DNA of 64,000 nt, taken from Octopus vulgaris. Its lineage: Eukaryota. How positions within the stretch are numbered: the stretch's first letter is position 1; every line of letters begins with the position of its first letter. This document shows positions 53,601-64,000 of this stretch, piece after piece. The notes beneath the pieces were generated by a model that worked only from the letters and a program-made list of their open reading frames with translations, was not told where the DNA came from and searched no databases. Location of the stretch: contig OX597824.1 of the NCBI GenBank assembly GCA_951406725.2, positions 36,084,001 through 36,148,000 on the forward strand. Reading direction: 5' to 3'. The position numbers were made by a program, and so were the translations under genes.

Positions 53601-53861
53601 TTGATATGCCTGAATATTAAGAAAGAATACTTTGAGAGGAAAATATAGGACTATATTATTCTCTAGAAAAATCCTTTCTTTTTTGAGACTGTAGGATGTG
53701 ATCTGAGGGAGAACTGGCAGCTATTTCTGACATGTAGTGGGAACGCTATTTTTGGTGAAGTTTTTCAAAAATAATCAACTTACAAAGATTTACAGTGGAA
53801 TCATTAGCGTTGTGTATACAACTTTCTTGTCCTTGGATGAACGTATTAATAAAGTTGTCAT
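32172..53861 (-). CDS. rel: Rel-class NF-kB transcription factor; spliced CDS of 11 exons, 5' end incomplete
   Basis: Joined exons 53784-53861, 51717-51970, 50079-50224, 49468-49559, 47241-47378, 44880-44978, 42650-42732, 41214-41352, 39265-39312, 35279-35359, 32172-32488 (1475 nt) read as one frame with GT-AG introns. Motifs: [68 protein letters not shown]. Confidence 0.95.
32700..34385 (+). mobile_element. L1/Tx1-clade LINE relic (APE + RT), antisense in the last Rel intron
   Basis: [60 protein letters not shown]; frameshifts and stops. Confidence 0.9.
35279..35359 (-). CDS. rel: Rel post-NLS exon
   Basis: [26 protein letters not shown]; ctattccag / gtaagt; phase 1-1; CpG-richer than flanks. 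Confidence 0.8.
35780..36340. repeat. Two tandem about 260-bp units, possibly inside a Helentron-associated (HINE-like) element (about 35645-36510)
   Basis: ttttaagtatcaccattataggtatttata...cttgcttatca..aagttcgatt occurs twice; element class is inferred. Confidence 0.75.
36594..37116. mobile_element. piggyBac-like non-autonomous element
   Basis: TTAA TSD on both sides; TIR CCCCTTGAC...GGT / ACC...GTCAAGGGG. Confidence 0.88.
38540..39040 (+). mobile_element. Helitron Rep/Hel (PIF1-like helicase) relic
   Basis: [25 protein letters not shown] resembles Helitron D..W...L.EA.......QLR.LFA; downstream FGG.TI motif. Confidence 0.5.
39265..39312 (-). CDS. rel: Rel exon with nuclear localisation signal
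   Basis: [16 protein letters not shown]; ttttatag / gtaagc. Confidence 0.95.
40770..41120 (+). mobile_element. SINE family A
   Basis: Homologous to 19028-19443; further copies at 45578-45795 and 49686-50060. Confidence 0.8.
41214..41352 (-). CDS. rel: Rel exon, end of IPT domain
   Basis: [46 protein letters not shown]; tcttag / gtaagt. Confidence 0.97.
41613..42179 (+). mobile_element. Internally deleted mariner
   Basis: TIR TACTGGGTTGTCCGGAAAGTTCGTGCCAATTT / AAATTGGCATGAACTTTCCGGACAACCCAATA; [15 protein letters not shown] fused to [15 protein letters not shown]. Confidence 0.92.
42650..42732 (-). CDS. rel: Rel exon, IPT domain
   Basis: [28 protein letters not shown]; caaatag / gtaagt. 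Confidence 0.97.
44391..44692 (+). repeat. SINE-B dimer segment; inverted copy of 48121-48418 and 52130-52411
   Basis: Shares private variants (gtcagcttagtcttttatc, gggaaaaatgcatagtgg, gccaaaatctgaaatcaatattaataatagc) with the two other copies. Confidence 0.9.
44880..44978 (-). CDS. rel: Rel exon, IPT/dimerisation domain
   Basis: [29 protein letters not shown]; ttttag / gtgagt. Confidence 0.97.
46210..46328. repeat. Palindrome centred on a broken hammerhead core
   Basis: About 55-bp arms; arms carry GAAACTC(T/A)GAGTA; flanked by (TA)n. Confidence 0.85.
46902..47181 (+). mobile_element. Non-autonomous Helitron nested in a SINE A tail
   Basis: 5' TC, 3' hairpin cccgagcaacgccggg plus CTAG; inserted between A and T; removal restores ccacagcctaa|tgactgaaac. 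Confidence 0.9.
47241..47378 (-). CDS. rel: Rel exon, end of RHD N-terminal domain
   Basis: [23 protein letters not shown]...VVSQPIIDK; cttctag / gtaagt. Confidence 0.97.
48620..48905 (-). mobile_element. RTE-like LINE 3' end
   Basis: [13 protein letters not shown]...[21 protein letters not shown]. Confidence 0.75.
49468..49559 (-). CDS. rel: Rel exon, RHD
   Basis: [30 protein letters not shown]; tttgtag / gtaagt. Confidence 0.97.
49615..49695 (+). repeat. 18-bp minisatellite (about 5 units) made from the SINE A 5' start
   Basis: ggtgcaggtatggcatag-like units leading into the SINE head. Confidence 0.85.
50079..50224 (-). CDS. rel: Rel exon, RHD
   Basis: [41 protein letters not shown]; tttacag / gtaagt. 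Confidence 0.97.
50415..50740. mobile_element. Inverted-arm element around (AAT)n with hammerhead core
   Basis: Arms 50499-50553 and 50649-50703 are inverted; ACAC-CTGATGA-AGGCTG...CAG-AGAAAT. Confidence 0.65.
51717..51970 (-). CDS. rel: Rel exon: start of RHD with DNA-recognition loop
   Basis: [44 protein letters not shown]; tttcag acceptor, gtaaat donor. Confidence 0.97.
52015..53650 (+). mobile_element. RTE (BovB-like) LINE RT relic with nested SINE-B segment
   Basis: [55 protein letters not shown]. Confidence 0.88.
53784..53861 (-). CDS. rel: Rel N-terminal exon ([25 protein letters not shown]), phase 1-1
   Basis: ttttctatttcag acceptor, gtaagt donor, 78 nt, open in the frame that joins the next exon; no conserved motif. 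Confidence 0.7.
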
Positions 53862-54348
53862 CTGAAATAGAAAAGTAATTCAGGTATCATAGGTAGGTCT
53901 AGAATAAAACTTAGCAAAACCTCCTTAAAAAAAAGTAAGTTTCATCTTAAAAAGTTAACAGGGAGGTGAATAAAAAAGAACAAAAACAAAAAATCACTAA
54001 TAATCATTTAGTTCCATATAATAACAATAATGATTTCTAACTTTGACACAAAAGTACAAACATGTAAGGAATGGCTATTGACAGGAGTAGTCATGATTCT
54101 CAGTTTGACCATACAGTTGTGTCCACAGTTAACTTGTTGTTTGGTCTCTCAATGATGGAGTCTGGGTCTTGCTATATTTGCACATATCTTTATCATCATC
54201 AGAACTCATGACTCCTGAAGAACATGGAAATAAGTATAAAAAGTGGTCATACTGAAGAAGGAGTAGACTGTCACACACACACATACACACACGCACACAC
54301 AGACACACACACACACACAAGTACTAGGGTTTACTTGCTCAACTAAAC

Positions 54349-54644
54349 CAATGGTTCTCGACCATTTTTTACTTCTGAGCACTTTTTTATTACCATTTTG
54401 CTCTGGTGGACCCCCACATAGCAATTTCAAAATTCTGAAATGGTTACCAGAAACATGTTAAACTGTAAAGCATTATAGAAAGAAACTTAGCTGTTTCTTG
54501 CAATAAATGCATCTAAAGAATTATTTTCTCACAGACCCTTAGAATACTAGCACAGATCCCCAGTTTGCTATTTTATCTGCATGGATCACCAGAAATCTAA
54601 TATGGACCCCCAGGGTTCATATGATCCTTAACTGAAAACCACTG
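54349..54644. mobile_element. hAT (Charlie-like) MITE nested in a SINE A tail
   Basis: CAATGGTTCTC / GAAAACCACTG termini; TSD aactaaac/gactaaac. Confidence 0.8.
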
Positions 54645-55187
54645 GACTAAACTGTTCAAGGCATACACCAGCATGGACATAGTGCAATAAATAAAACAAG
54701 TAAAAGATATATATCTTTTATCTGTCGCTTTACTGGCACTTGTGCCGGTGGCACGTGAAAAAACATTCGAGCGAGGTTGTTGCCAGTGCCACTGGACTGG
54801 CTCCTGTGCAGGTGGCATGTAAAAAACACCATTTGAGCGTGGCCGTTGCCAGTACCGCCTGACTGGCCCTCATGCAGGTGGCATGTAAAAGCACCCACTA
54901 CACTCTCGGAGTGGTTGGCGTTAGACGTCAATATGATATAAAATAAAACTTGTAGGTATTTAAAAATATTCAAAAATGCTCATATATACATACACAAGCA
55001 AAATATAAAACATCAACATAATATAAGACTTATTGAATTAATAATTCACACGATAATTATTAATTCCCACGATAAGATACAAGGTAATAAAGATTCACAA
55101 GTTACTACACAGAGTCCAGTGGAAAATTTGAAATTATACAGCATTAACATGACATACTAATATATATATATTATATATATACATATA

Positions 55188-55254
<67 letters not shown>

Positions 55255-55695
55255 CATTATATATATACATTATATATATATATTATAGATATATACATAT
55301 ATACTATATGTGTATGTGTGTGTGTATATGTAAATAGATAAAATAGTTGTTGTATTGAAGATGTAACTGTTTATATATTTTTTGTTGTAGTTACACGTAA
55401 GAGAAGAATTAGATACTTATTATATTCATATATTATTATTGTATGTTGTGACGACAAGATCCTATCTTGGACATCAAAAGGTTTCAATTGGTATATATGT
55501 GTGTGTATGACGTGAATTTTGATGGTTGTGGATTGCACTTACTTGATTGTATTGTCCATAAAGTGTTTTTGCTGTTTTTTAATTGTAATTGATGTAAGAT
55601 TGAATAGTTAATGCTCACACTCATAACACAGATATTTGAATTAATTTTTACAATCCAGCCATTGTTTCACATGGAATGTCGTCTTTCTGAACCAA

Positions 55696-55780
55696 GGACC
55701 CTGAAGTGACTTATATATAAGGGAACTGTGATTATGTATATCAGAAAAAATATACCAAAGTCAAAACACTTTGTTGGGCC
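55696..55780 (+). ncRNA. Decayed type-I hammerhead motif
   Basis: GGACC-CTGAAGT-GACTT...AAGTC-AAAAC-acttt-GTT-GGGCC; two core substitutions. Confidence 0.45.
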
Positions 55781-56068
55781 ATTTACAGTTTTTATAATTA
55801 TTTATGTAATATGATGTTATGTTATATATTATATTCATAGTATTCAATGTAATATTGGAATATAAATAAATTATTGGGTTGTCAATAGAATATCTCTATA
55901 TTTAATTTAATCTTATACTAATATTTATATGGTATCCAACAGCAGCACCAGTGAATTGGATGTTTAACACACCCCTTTCAAGGATTTCTTTTCCTCAGTT
56001 TGTTACTTTATATAAATATATAGACACACACACATATATATAAACACACACACACATATATAGACATA

Positions 56069-56116
<48 letters not shown>

Positions 56117-56131
56117 TTTATATATCGTATA

Positions 56132-56821
56132 TATTGGGTTGGCCACTAAGTTCCCGCCATTTTAAAAAATTTAAATCTTTTTAAAGGTTTAATAAAAAAA
56201 TAACAATTAATTAATCAATAATGTATTCACCCTTGTTGTTTACAACTCCTTCCCAACGTTCAAGATTTTCAATACTTCGTTTGCAGAAATCATCCGATTT
56301 TGACGTGAAAAAATTGATCCAACTAAGCTCTCATCCGTATTGAACGAAACTCCGCACATAACATTTGAAAGAGATCGAACAGCAATCGAAAACGATTGGA
56401 GCTTGGTTGGGAAGTGATGCCACATCTACCTCATAGCCTTGACCTTGTACCATCATGTTACCATTTATTTCGAAGTTTGCAAAGTCCTTTGAATGGTAAA
56501 ACTTTCAATAATGATGATGACCTGAAATCGCACTTGCTTCAGTTTATGGCTGATAAGGACCAGAAGTTCTAGAGCATGGAATCATGAGGATACTAGAAAG
56601 ATGGCAAAAGGTCATTGAACAAAATCTTGTCTTGTCTTGTCTTGAGACAGCATTCACCCACGGTGGGTTGAGCTGGCTTCATTCATCCTCAATACTGAAT
56701 GAAGCCATGTACATTGAACAAAATGGAAAATATATAATTAATTAAAGTTAATTTTTTGCATTAAAAATATGACTTTTATTTCACACTATAAAACTGAAAT
56801 TACTTTCTTGCCAACCCAATA
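56132..56821. mobile_element. Composite of two divergently oriented mariner 3' ends
   Basis: TATTGGGTTGGC termini at both ends; transposase C-terminus on - (56200-56380) and on + (56385-56740). Confidence 0.75.
56626..56711 (-). mobile_element. Short retro-insertion with (CAAGA)n tail and 13-bp TSD
   Basis: TSD cattgaacaaaat at 56613-56625 and 56712-56724; internal hairpins. Confidence 0.85.
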
Positions 56822-56904
56822 TGTGTGTGTGTACGTACATATACATATAGTCCAATCCATGCCAGCATGGAAAATAGATGTTAAATGATGCTGACAATTA
56901 TATA

Positions 56905-58265
56905 TCAGGCTGAGTAAAAAGTAAGCAACGTTTTGAATTATAAAATTCATCACAATATATTTCAACAACCACCAAAGAGTCACCATAACCTTGTTTTTGA
57001 AGAGCTCAGGTTTAGGGAAGGTTTTTGCTGTTTCATTTTGGTCCAACCACTGTGAAGAACATTTATACATCAAAATAAATACTATTACAATCAATACATA
57101 TTTGCCAATAAGTGACAAGTTTGTTTATTCCAATAACATAAAATTCTGGAGTTCTGGAGCTGACGAACTCTTTGAACACACTTTCAGCATCAGTTTGATT
57201 TTTGAACTCCTTCTTTCACAAGAAACCATCAAGGTGCTTGAAAAAGTGATAGTCAGTAGGAGAAAGGTCTGGGGAACAAGCTGGGTAGGGAAGAACTTCG
57301 TAGCCTAGTTCCCTCAACTTCTGGAGTGTTATTAGTGTGGTCGAGTATTGTCATGAAGAATGATTGGACCTCTTCTGTTGAAAACTCTGGGATGAATGAG
57401 TAGCAGTTTTTCATTCATTTTGGCAATTTCATGGTAATATGTTTCTGCAGTTATGGTTTTTCCAGGTTTTAAGAAGTTATAGAGGATAAGTTCAGTAGTA
57501 CACCACAGTCACCATAACCTTGTTTTTGAAGAGCTCAGGTTTAGGGAAGGTTTTTGCTGCTTCATTTTGGTCCAACCACTGTGAAGAACATTTTTTATTA
57601 CTGTACAGAATCCACTTTTCATTGGAGGTTACAATACAGTCAAGAAATGGATTGGTCCAGTTACAGAGAAGAAGGGATGAGCAAATTTCATATCTGTGCA
57701 TTTTCTGATTTTCATTCAAATCGTGTGGGACCCATTTGTCAAGTTTTTTTTTGATTTTCTGATTGCATGCAAATGGTTGCAGGCACTTTTCTGGCTAACT
57801 TGAAGTTCTTTTGCCAGTTCTTGAGTGGTTTTATGAGGGTCTTTCTTAATGACTGTCTTTAATTGACCATCATCGATGACAGATGGGCATCCACTATGCT
57901 CACAGTCATCAAGGCTCGGGTCTCCACAGTGATATCATTTAAACCATTTTCAAGCTGACCACTCACTGGTCATTTCCTCACTAAACGTTTTGTTGATATC
58001 ACAAGCAGTTTCAGCTGCTTTCCTTCCTTTTTTGAAGTTGAATAGCAAAGTTGCTTGAATATTGTGCTTTCACAGTCCCATTTCAGATCATTGTAACAAA
58101 GGTGAAAAAAATATTAATGTTAATTTATTGAAGCATTTGAGCAAGTCTATGTCTGTATTATGAGACAACCGCAAAAAAAATGTTTAAAATAAATTCAACA
58201 TTCTGCAAAAATCCGTTACAAATTCTTCATGATTCAAAACATTGCATACTTTTGACTCAACCTGA
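56905..58265 (-). mobile_element. Mariner transposon, degenerate
   Basis: TIR TCAGGCTGAGTAAAAAGTAAGCAACGTTTTGAAT / ATTCAAAACATTGCATACTTTTGACTCAACCTGA; TA TSD; WVPH, IVTSNEKWILY, SPDLSPTDYHFF. Confidence 0.9.
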
Positions 58266-59774
58266 TATACATGCACACACACACACACACACATTATATA
58301 TTTTATTTAACATTATCAATTGTGCCATCCACTAAAGAACATAAATTAAATATGAATGTTTTTATTCAAGATCCAATATAAAATGTTAAAATTGCTGCCT
58401 GTCTAAATATCAACATAATAACTTTCAAGTTAGAAGGATTTGAAAGGACTTGGGTGTCTATAAGCAGAAAACAATTTATGAGCATGCAGTTAGATTATCC
58501 AGGCATTAATAAGCTATAACAGTAAAGATTTGAGTCCAGTTAATCTTATGATTTAACATCTCACTTACATGCCCTGGCTTGTTTCCTGTTCTATTTATAG
58601 GAATGTAGCATAACCCAATCAGTGGACATCTGGTACTGAGATTTTTTTTCTTATCAGGATTAAGCACTCACACAGAGAGCCTACATTGAACACAAAGTAG
58701 TTTCGAGTCATCTGTTCAACGTGCGGTAAATTTTACTATATATATATGTATGTATGTGTGTGTGTGTGTGTGTGTGCGTGTGTGTGTGGTGTGTGTGTGT
58801 GTCTATATTTTTTCTTCATTATATTATCAATGATTCTATATGAGTTTCCCCAATGCTACCTTCATTGAAATTCTATGTTCCTAAAGTATGTATAGCTTTT
58901 ACCATTTGGCAGTATAAAATTCTGTGTGTTTACAATATCAGTCTTACTTAGTTGTAAGATTTGTTTTATAGTTTCTTTTGTGTTTTATTTGTTGTGATTC
59001 TTTGTATAGTTTTCTTTCTTTTTTTTCACATACCAAATGTGTGCTGTGTTGCTTGGTTGGGTGGTTTATGTTATTATATGTGACACGTGGTTTTGGCATT
59101 ACATATGTTAGTGTTGAACAGTGACGATGAAAATTATCTGCTTTCTGGGTTGTCTTATATTAAGTGTCACAACATAGAAAGCAAGTAGCATGTGTTCTTC
59201 ATGTTATAGTATCAGCTATCAGCTATATAGCAGCAAGTGCTGTGTTAATTTATTGAGGGATGAATGGGTAAAGTATGGGTCCTGTTATATTGCTCAGTGG
59301 CCATTCCATAGTGTATATATTATACAAGTTGTGTTGTTTCATTGGGTGGCTACATGCGACATGCGAAGACTGACCTGCTTGAGTTTTGCTATGAGCTTAT
59401 GCTAATTTTTATATATAGGTTGTGAACTATGCTGAGAACGGCTATCTTTTGGAATGTATCGTAGCATTCGGAGTCTTAGCATTGACTTATGCTAATGTTC
59501 ATAGAGTATTTTTTCTTTTCATGTGTTGTGGGACCCCATTTGTTACTTGCATGGTGACGAGGATGAAGTATGCATGCAGAGACACAAAGAAACACTGAAT
59601 AAAAATAAACAAAAGCATATGCACACACATAGTAGATTGACAATTATATCATCAATACTACCAAAAATGAAATTAGATAAAACGTGACACAACACAAACA
59701 CACACGCATACATCCTGTTTCAGCACAGTTGGTATCTACCACATTCACTCCTAAAGCATTGATTGGACTGGGGC

Positions 59775-59860
<86 letters not shown>

Positions 59861-59898
59861 TATACATATATATATATAAATATATACATATATATATA

Positions 59899-60245
59899 CT
59901 AGCACTATGACCCAGCAACACTGGGTTATAGTGCTAGTGCATGCATATACAGCTGCATGTGTGCGCACATACACGTGAGTACTGTCCAAATCTCCGACCA
60001 ATCACATACAGCTAGCTGGCATTCAATTGGCATATCAAGTTTCGGGCATTTTGATTGGGTTTTGGATAGAAAATTCACAAAAATGTCACTTCTATTGATT
60101 TTTTAATGGCTTTGCGGAGTGACTTGGGAAATATAAAGATGTGAATGACCACCCTTGGATGGTTTTGAATGATCATAGAAAATGCAAGCCCTCTAACTGA
60201 AAATTTGTGGATTTGTATAAAGGACACACACACAGACATTTTGCC

Positions 60246-60260
<15 letters not shown>
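59899..60260 (-). mobile_element. Non-autonomous Helitron
   Basis: Minus-strand 3' hairpin acccagtgttgctgggt plus CTAG; 5' tatatataaacggcaaaatgtctgtgtg resembles the start of 46902. Confidence 0.75.
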
Positions 60261-60319
<59 letters not shown>

Positions 60320-60334
60320 ATATAAATATATTGG

Positions 60335-60600
60335 TAAAAACGGTAAGATAACAAAAGAAAGAAAGAGACCTCAATATTGTGTAAATAGAGGAAATTTATC
60401 TATAAAATAATGTGACAATTTTTCAATAGCCAAGATGAAATTAGAAACCAGGAGGGTGTCTTTGCTGGTTTTGTTTGGGAGATGGTTTAAAAAGTCCAGA
60501 TCATTCCGTATAAAGCTCGGTATATGTTGGAGAATAGGATTGAGGAGGACATCAATAAAATTACTGAACTTGTGTGTCTCACAAGAGGGACTGGCCACAA
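60335..60600 (-). mobile_element. Inverted Penelope fragment: RT segment fused to element terminus
   Basis: 60445-60600 is a diverged reverse-complement copy of about 62000-62155 (PSCETH..SNFID.LL.PILQHIPSFIR.DLDFLNHLP). Confidence 0.85.
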
Positions 60601-60612
60601 TGTGTATATATG

Positions 60613-60905
60613 TATATTCTGTTGTATCTGGGGAGAATCATTTTATTTTTGTGCCTTTTAATATAACACACTCACCGGTAAAATTTCCCACTTAGCTCAT
60701 ATTTTTATTTTCCTAAAATATTCGTTGCATCTTGCAACCTTTTCAATAGTTTTGACTCTGTCTGTTCAAGACTATTGAAAAGTTTGCAAGATGCAACAAA
60801 AATTTTAGGAAAATAAAAATATGAGATAAGTGGAAATTTTACCGGTGAGTGTGTTATATTATAAGGCACAAAAATAAAATGATTCTCCTCAGACACAAAG
60901 GAATA
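60613..60905. repeat. About 135-bp-arm palindrome
   Basis: gagaatcattttattt...ccggtaaaattt...tcaatagttttga / tcaagactattga...aattttaccgg...aaaatgattctc; left end also matches 22822-22848. Confidence 0.9.
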
Positions 60906-60960
60906 TGCTTCAACACACGAACTCATATGAAGAATCTTGCAAACCAAATCCAAAAACGAA

Positions 60961-60991
<31 letters not shown>

Positions 60992-60999
60992 CGTGTGTG

Positions 61000-63900
61000 T
61001 GTGTGTGTCGTTGAAAATTCACTTAAATTTCAAAAACTCGTAAATGTTTAAAATACATTTATTTACATATATACCAAATGGGACCAAAGAAGAAGTAGGA
61101 ACTTCTCCCATTCGAAACATTTCTCCCACAATAACCACCACTTCCAAACAGAATATAACCATTACGACAATAGACTAAGGGTTAGAGTAAGGACTATTAA
61201 GATTAACACTAATTCCCTATACCAGAGAAACCATTTTTTGGACAAACTGGGCCAAAACTGGGACACTTGATGGCACCAACCAAATATGATACTCTGCAGG
61301 TGATAAATCTCTCACATAAAGCCCTTTCGAACCAGGAAATCAAAATTCTTAAAAAGGGATTGAAATTCACTCCAACACCACAAAAGTTGAACCTAAATGA
61401 CATACAAAATGATATTCAAGAATTCTGCAGAAATCTTTGCATCACTGAAGAACTACTAGATAAAGAAAATAATGATCAATCTATCCTTCACAATAAAAGC
61501 AACTACTGTCTGATAAAAGGAAAAAATCAAACTCTGGATAACTTTTGTGACTTAATTTCCAGTTTCCCCTACAATTTACTCCCACCCTGAAAATTCAAAA
61601 TAAATACAAGTAAAGAAGAATGGGAAATCATCAATAATCTCAGGGTGGATGGCAACATAATTATAAAAGAAGCTGACAAAGAGAGCTCTGTAGTTATCAT
61701 GGACTCAGAAAAATACATAAACACTACTTTAACCTTCCTTCAAGACAATACCTACTATGAAAAAATCAACAACTACAGTCAATCCAAGATAATTACCAAA
61801 CTGTCTACTCTTGTCCAACAATTCCAACAAGGTTTAACACAAAAGGAGACAGACTACTTGACTAGATTTGACTGCAAAACCAGTAATTTCTATGGACTTC
61901 CCAAAATCCATAAAGGTGAAGCCATAAATGAAGCCTGTAATAAGTCAACCGCTATAGTCATAAATATTCCACACCTGAGAGATCTCAAAATGAGACCAAT
62001 TGTGGCCGGTCCCTCTTGTGAAACACACAGACTCAGTAATTTTATTGACATCCTCCTCAAACCTATTCTCCAACATATACCAAGCTTTATACGGGATGAT
62101 CTGGACTTTTTAAACCATCTCCCGAACAAAACCAGCAAAGACACCCTCCTGGTTTCATTCGATGTAATAAACCTCTACACCTCGATTCCTCACGAATATG
62201 GAATTATAGCCATACAATACTGGCTGGAAAAATTCCCAAATGACATTCCTGACAGAATTGGAAAAGAATTAATCGTTGAAGGAATAATAAGGTTCATTCT
62301 ACAGAACAACTTCTTCAATTTCAACGAAAACACTTATAGACAAAAATTGGGCATGGCGATGGGAACGAGGGTAGCACTTACTTTTGCCAAACTTGTCATG
62401 GCATACTTGGAAGTCCAAATATATGCACACGGAAGATTAAAATTTGGGGAAAATTTCCAAAAATACTTACTTACCAACTGGAAACGCTACCTGGATGACT
62501 GTTTTATCCTTTGGCCACATAACATTGAACAACTCACAGAATTTAAAAACTTAATCAACAGCATTAACCACAGGATCCAATTCACTATGGAATACAACCA
62601 CCAACAACTACCCTTCCTGGACATCTTAATAATAAAGAGAGATACTGAGATTGAAACTGACATCTTCTTCAAACCAATAAACTCAAAACAATATCTTCTA
62701 TTCTCTTCTTGCCACCCAAAACATACTAAAATAAATATACTGTTCAACTTAGCAAGAAGAATTTGCACGATTGCATCAAATCCTGAAACCCGAGAAAAGC
62801 AACTCCAAGAACTTAAAACTTCATTACTAAATGGAAAATACCTGGTCAGTCAAATCAAAAATGGAATAGAACATGCAAAAATGATAGCCATCCAAGAGTT
62901 ACGGAAAACAAGAAAACACCATGACACACTTAAAACTCTATCTTACGTATCAACACACAATCCAAGAAACTAGGAAGCATACAACATCATCCACCAAAAC
63001 ATACCCATCCTTATGAAGGACCCATGAAAGAAAAAGGCACTAGAAACACATAGGATTATTAAAAGCAAGAGACAACCACAATCTCTAAAAAAATTACTCA
63101 CCAGCGCCAAATTACCCACAAAAAATACAACACCAGAAGTCAAAAAATGCAACTGCCCTAACTGCGGAACTTGCACCTATCTCTTAGAGGGCTCGACATA
63201 CAAATTTAAGTCAGGCCTAACTTTTACCATAAAACATGACTTCACCTGTGCTTCTTAAATGTGGAGGTTGTGGTGGAGACTACATTGGTCAAACAAGCTT
63301 AACTTTGAGGGATAGATTTAAGGTGCAGAGACAAAAAAATCCAGAACCTCTCAACTAGGATAATTCCCATTAGCTGCTCCATAGACAAAAACTCTAAATA
63401 CCAAATCTTCCCTCTCTGTCAATACACTGGAAACACTTCAACCCAATTCCATAAGGAAAACATATTGATTAAAAAATATAAACCACATCTAAATATCCTT
63501 TAGAAAGAAGAAAAAGCAGTATAAAGAAGAGAAAAAACACTTTTTGCCATAAAATAGACAATAAAATTTTAGTAACAATCTTCCAACCGGGTTTCAAAAC
63601 CGCAGCTCCAAATCACCACACAAACACCAGTTGCTGATGTCACATAATTGCAAACCAATCAAAACAGAACTTCAACGAATACAATAAAAAGACCCTTTGA
63701 GAGAACCAACCAACCGGAACGACATATAACCATATCCTGCAAGAAAACCAACCAAGCAGAACGACAAGCTTGACCATAGAAAAAAACGTCATAAATTTTT
63801 TAACCAATCAAAATCAGATCTGCTCGCAGAAAAAAATTTACAAATACATCTTTCCCTAAACATACCATTACAAGCGAAAGCGACTGTTTAAAGATCTGAG

Positions 63901-64000
63901 AAACTGTAATTTCCCTATTTTTACTATTTTAATTCTCACACTTGTTTTTTTCAGTATGACTTGTCGACCACCACTGAAATTAATGAGTTTTAATTTCAAA
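61000..64000 (+). mobile_element. Penelope-like retroelement (Neptune/Naiad-like), RT + GIY-YIG, inactivated
   Basis: Frame from 61267 with INLS, LKKGLKF.P, IKEADK, FYGLPKIHK, RPIVAGP, SFDVINLYTSI, GMAMGT, RYLDD, LPFLD; CxxxxCxxC; frameshifted YIGQT and KPHLN* at 63503; in-frame stops at 61588, 62971, 63025. Confidence 0.93.

Noticed and set aside
61588-61590. Selenocysteine recoding of the in-frame TGA
   Set aside because: Not at a Cys motif; the element also has a TAG stop and a frameshifting deletion, so decay is more parsimonious

Overview
AT-rich, microsatellite-dense eukaryotic DNA. The SINE/RTE repertoire and (TA)n/(CA)n density suggest an octopus (coleoid cephalopod) genome; this is an inference. 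Most ORF-track entries are microsatellite artefacts. One host gene is clear: a minus-strand Rel-class NF-kB gene. Eleven coding exons between 53861 and 32172 have GT-AG boundaries and consistent phases, giving about 490 aa (Rel homology domain, IPT domain, KRKRK NLS, acidic C-terminal tail, no ankyrin repeats). The start exon is not securely located. The rest is transposon-derived: Penelope-like elements (one near-complete RT+GIY-YIG copy at about 61000-64000 and truncated copies with inverted arms), RTE, Tx1 and R4-like LINE relics, several tRNA-SINE families, mariner/Tc1 relics, hAT and piggyBac-like MITEs, and Helitron derivatives. Most notable: (1) several distinct minimal type-I hammerhead ribozyme motifs in palindromic elements, mostly set in (TA)n tracts, one sharing its terminus with Penelope RT sequence; (2) a 5S rRNA-headed SINE-like element carrying the tail motif of a tRNA-SINE; (3) a locally triplicated SINE dimer whose inverted copies bracket in-frame Rel exons, giving dsRNA, editing and circRNA potential.
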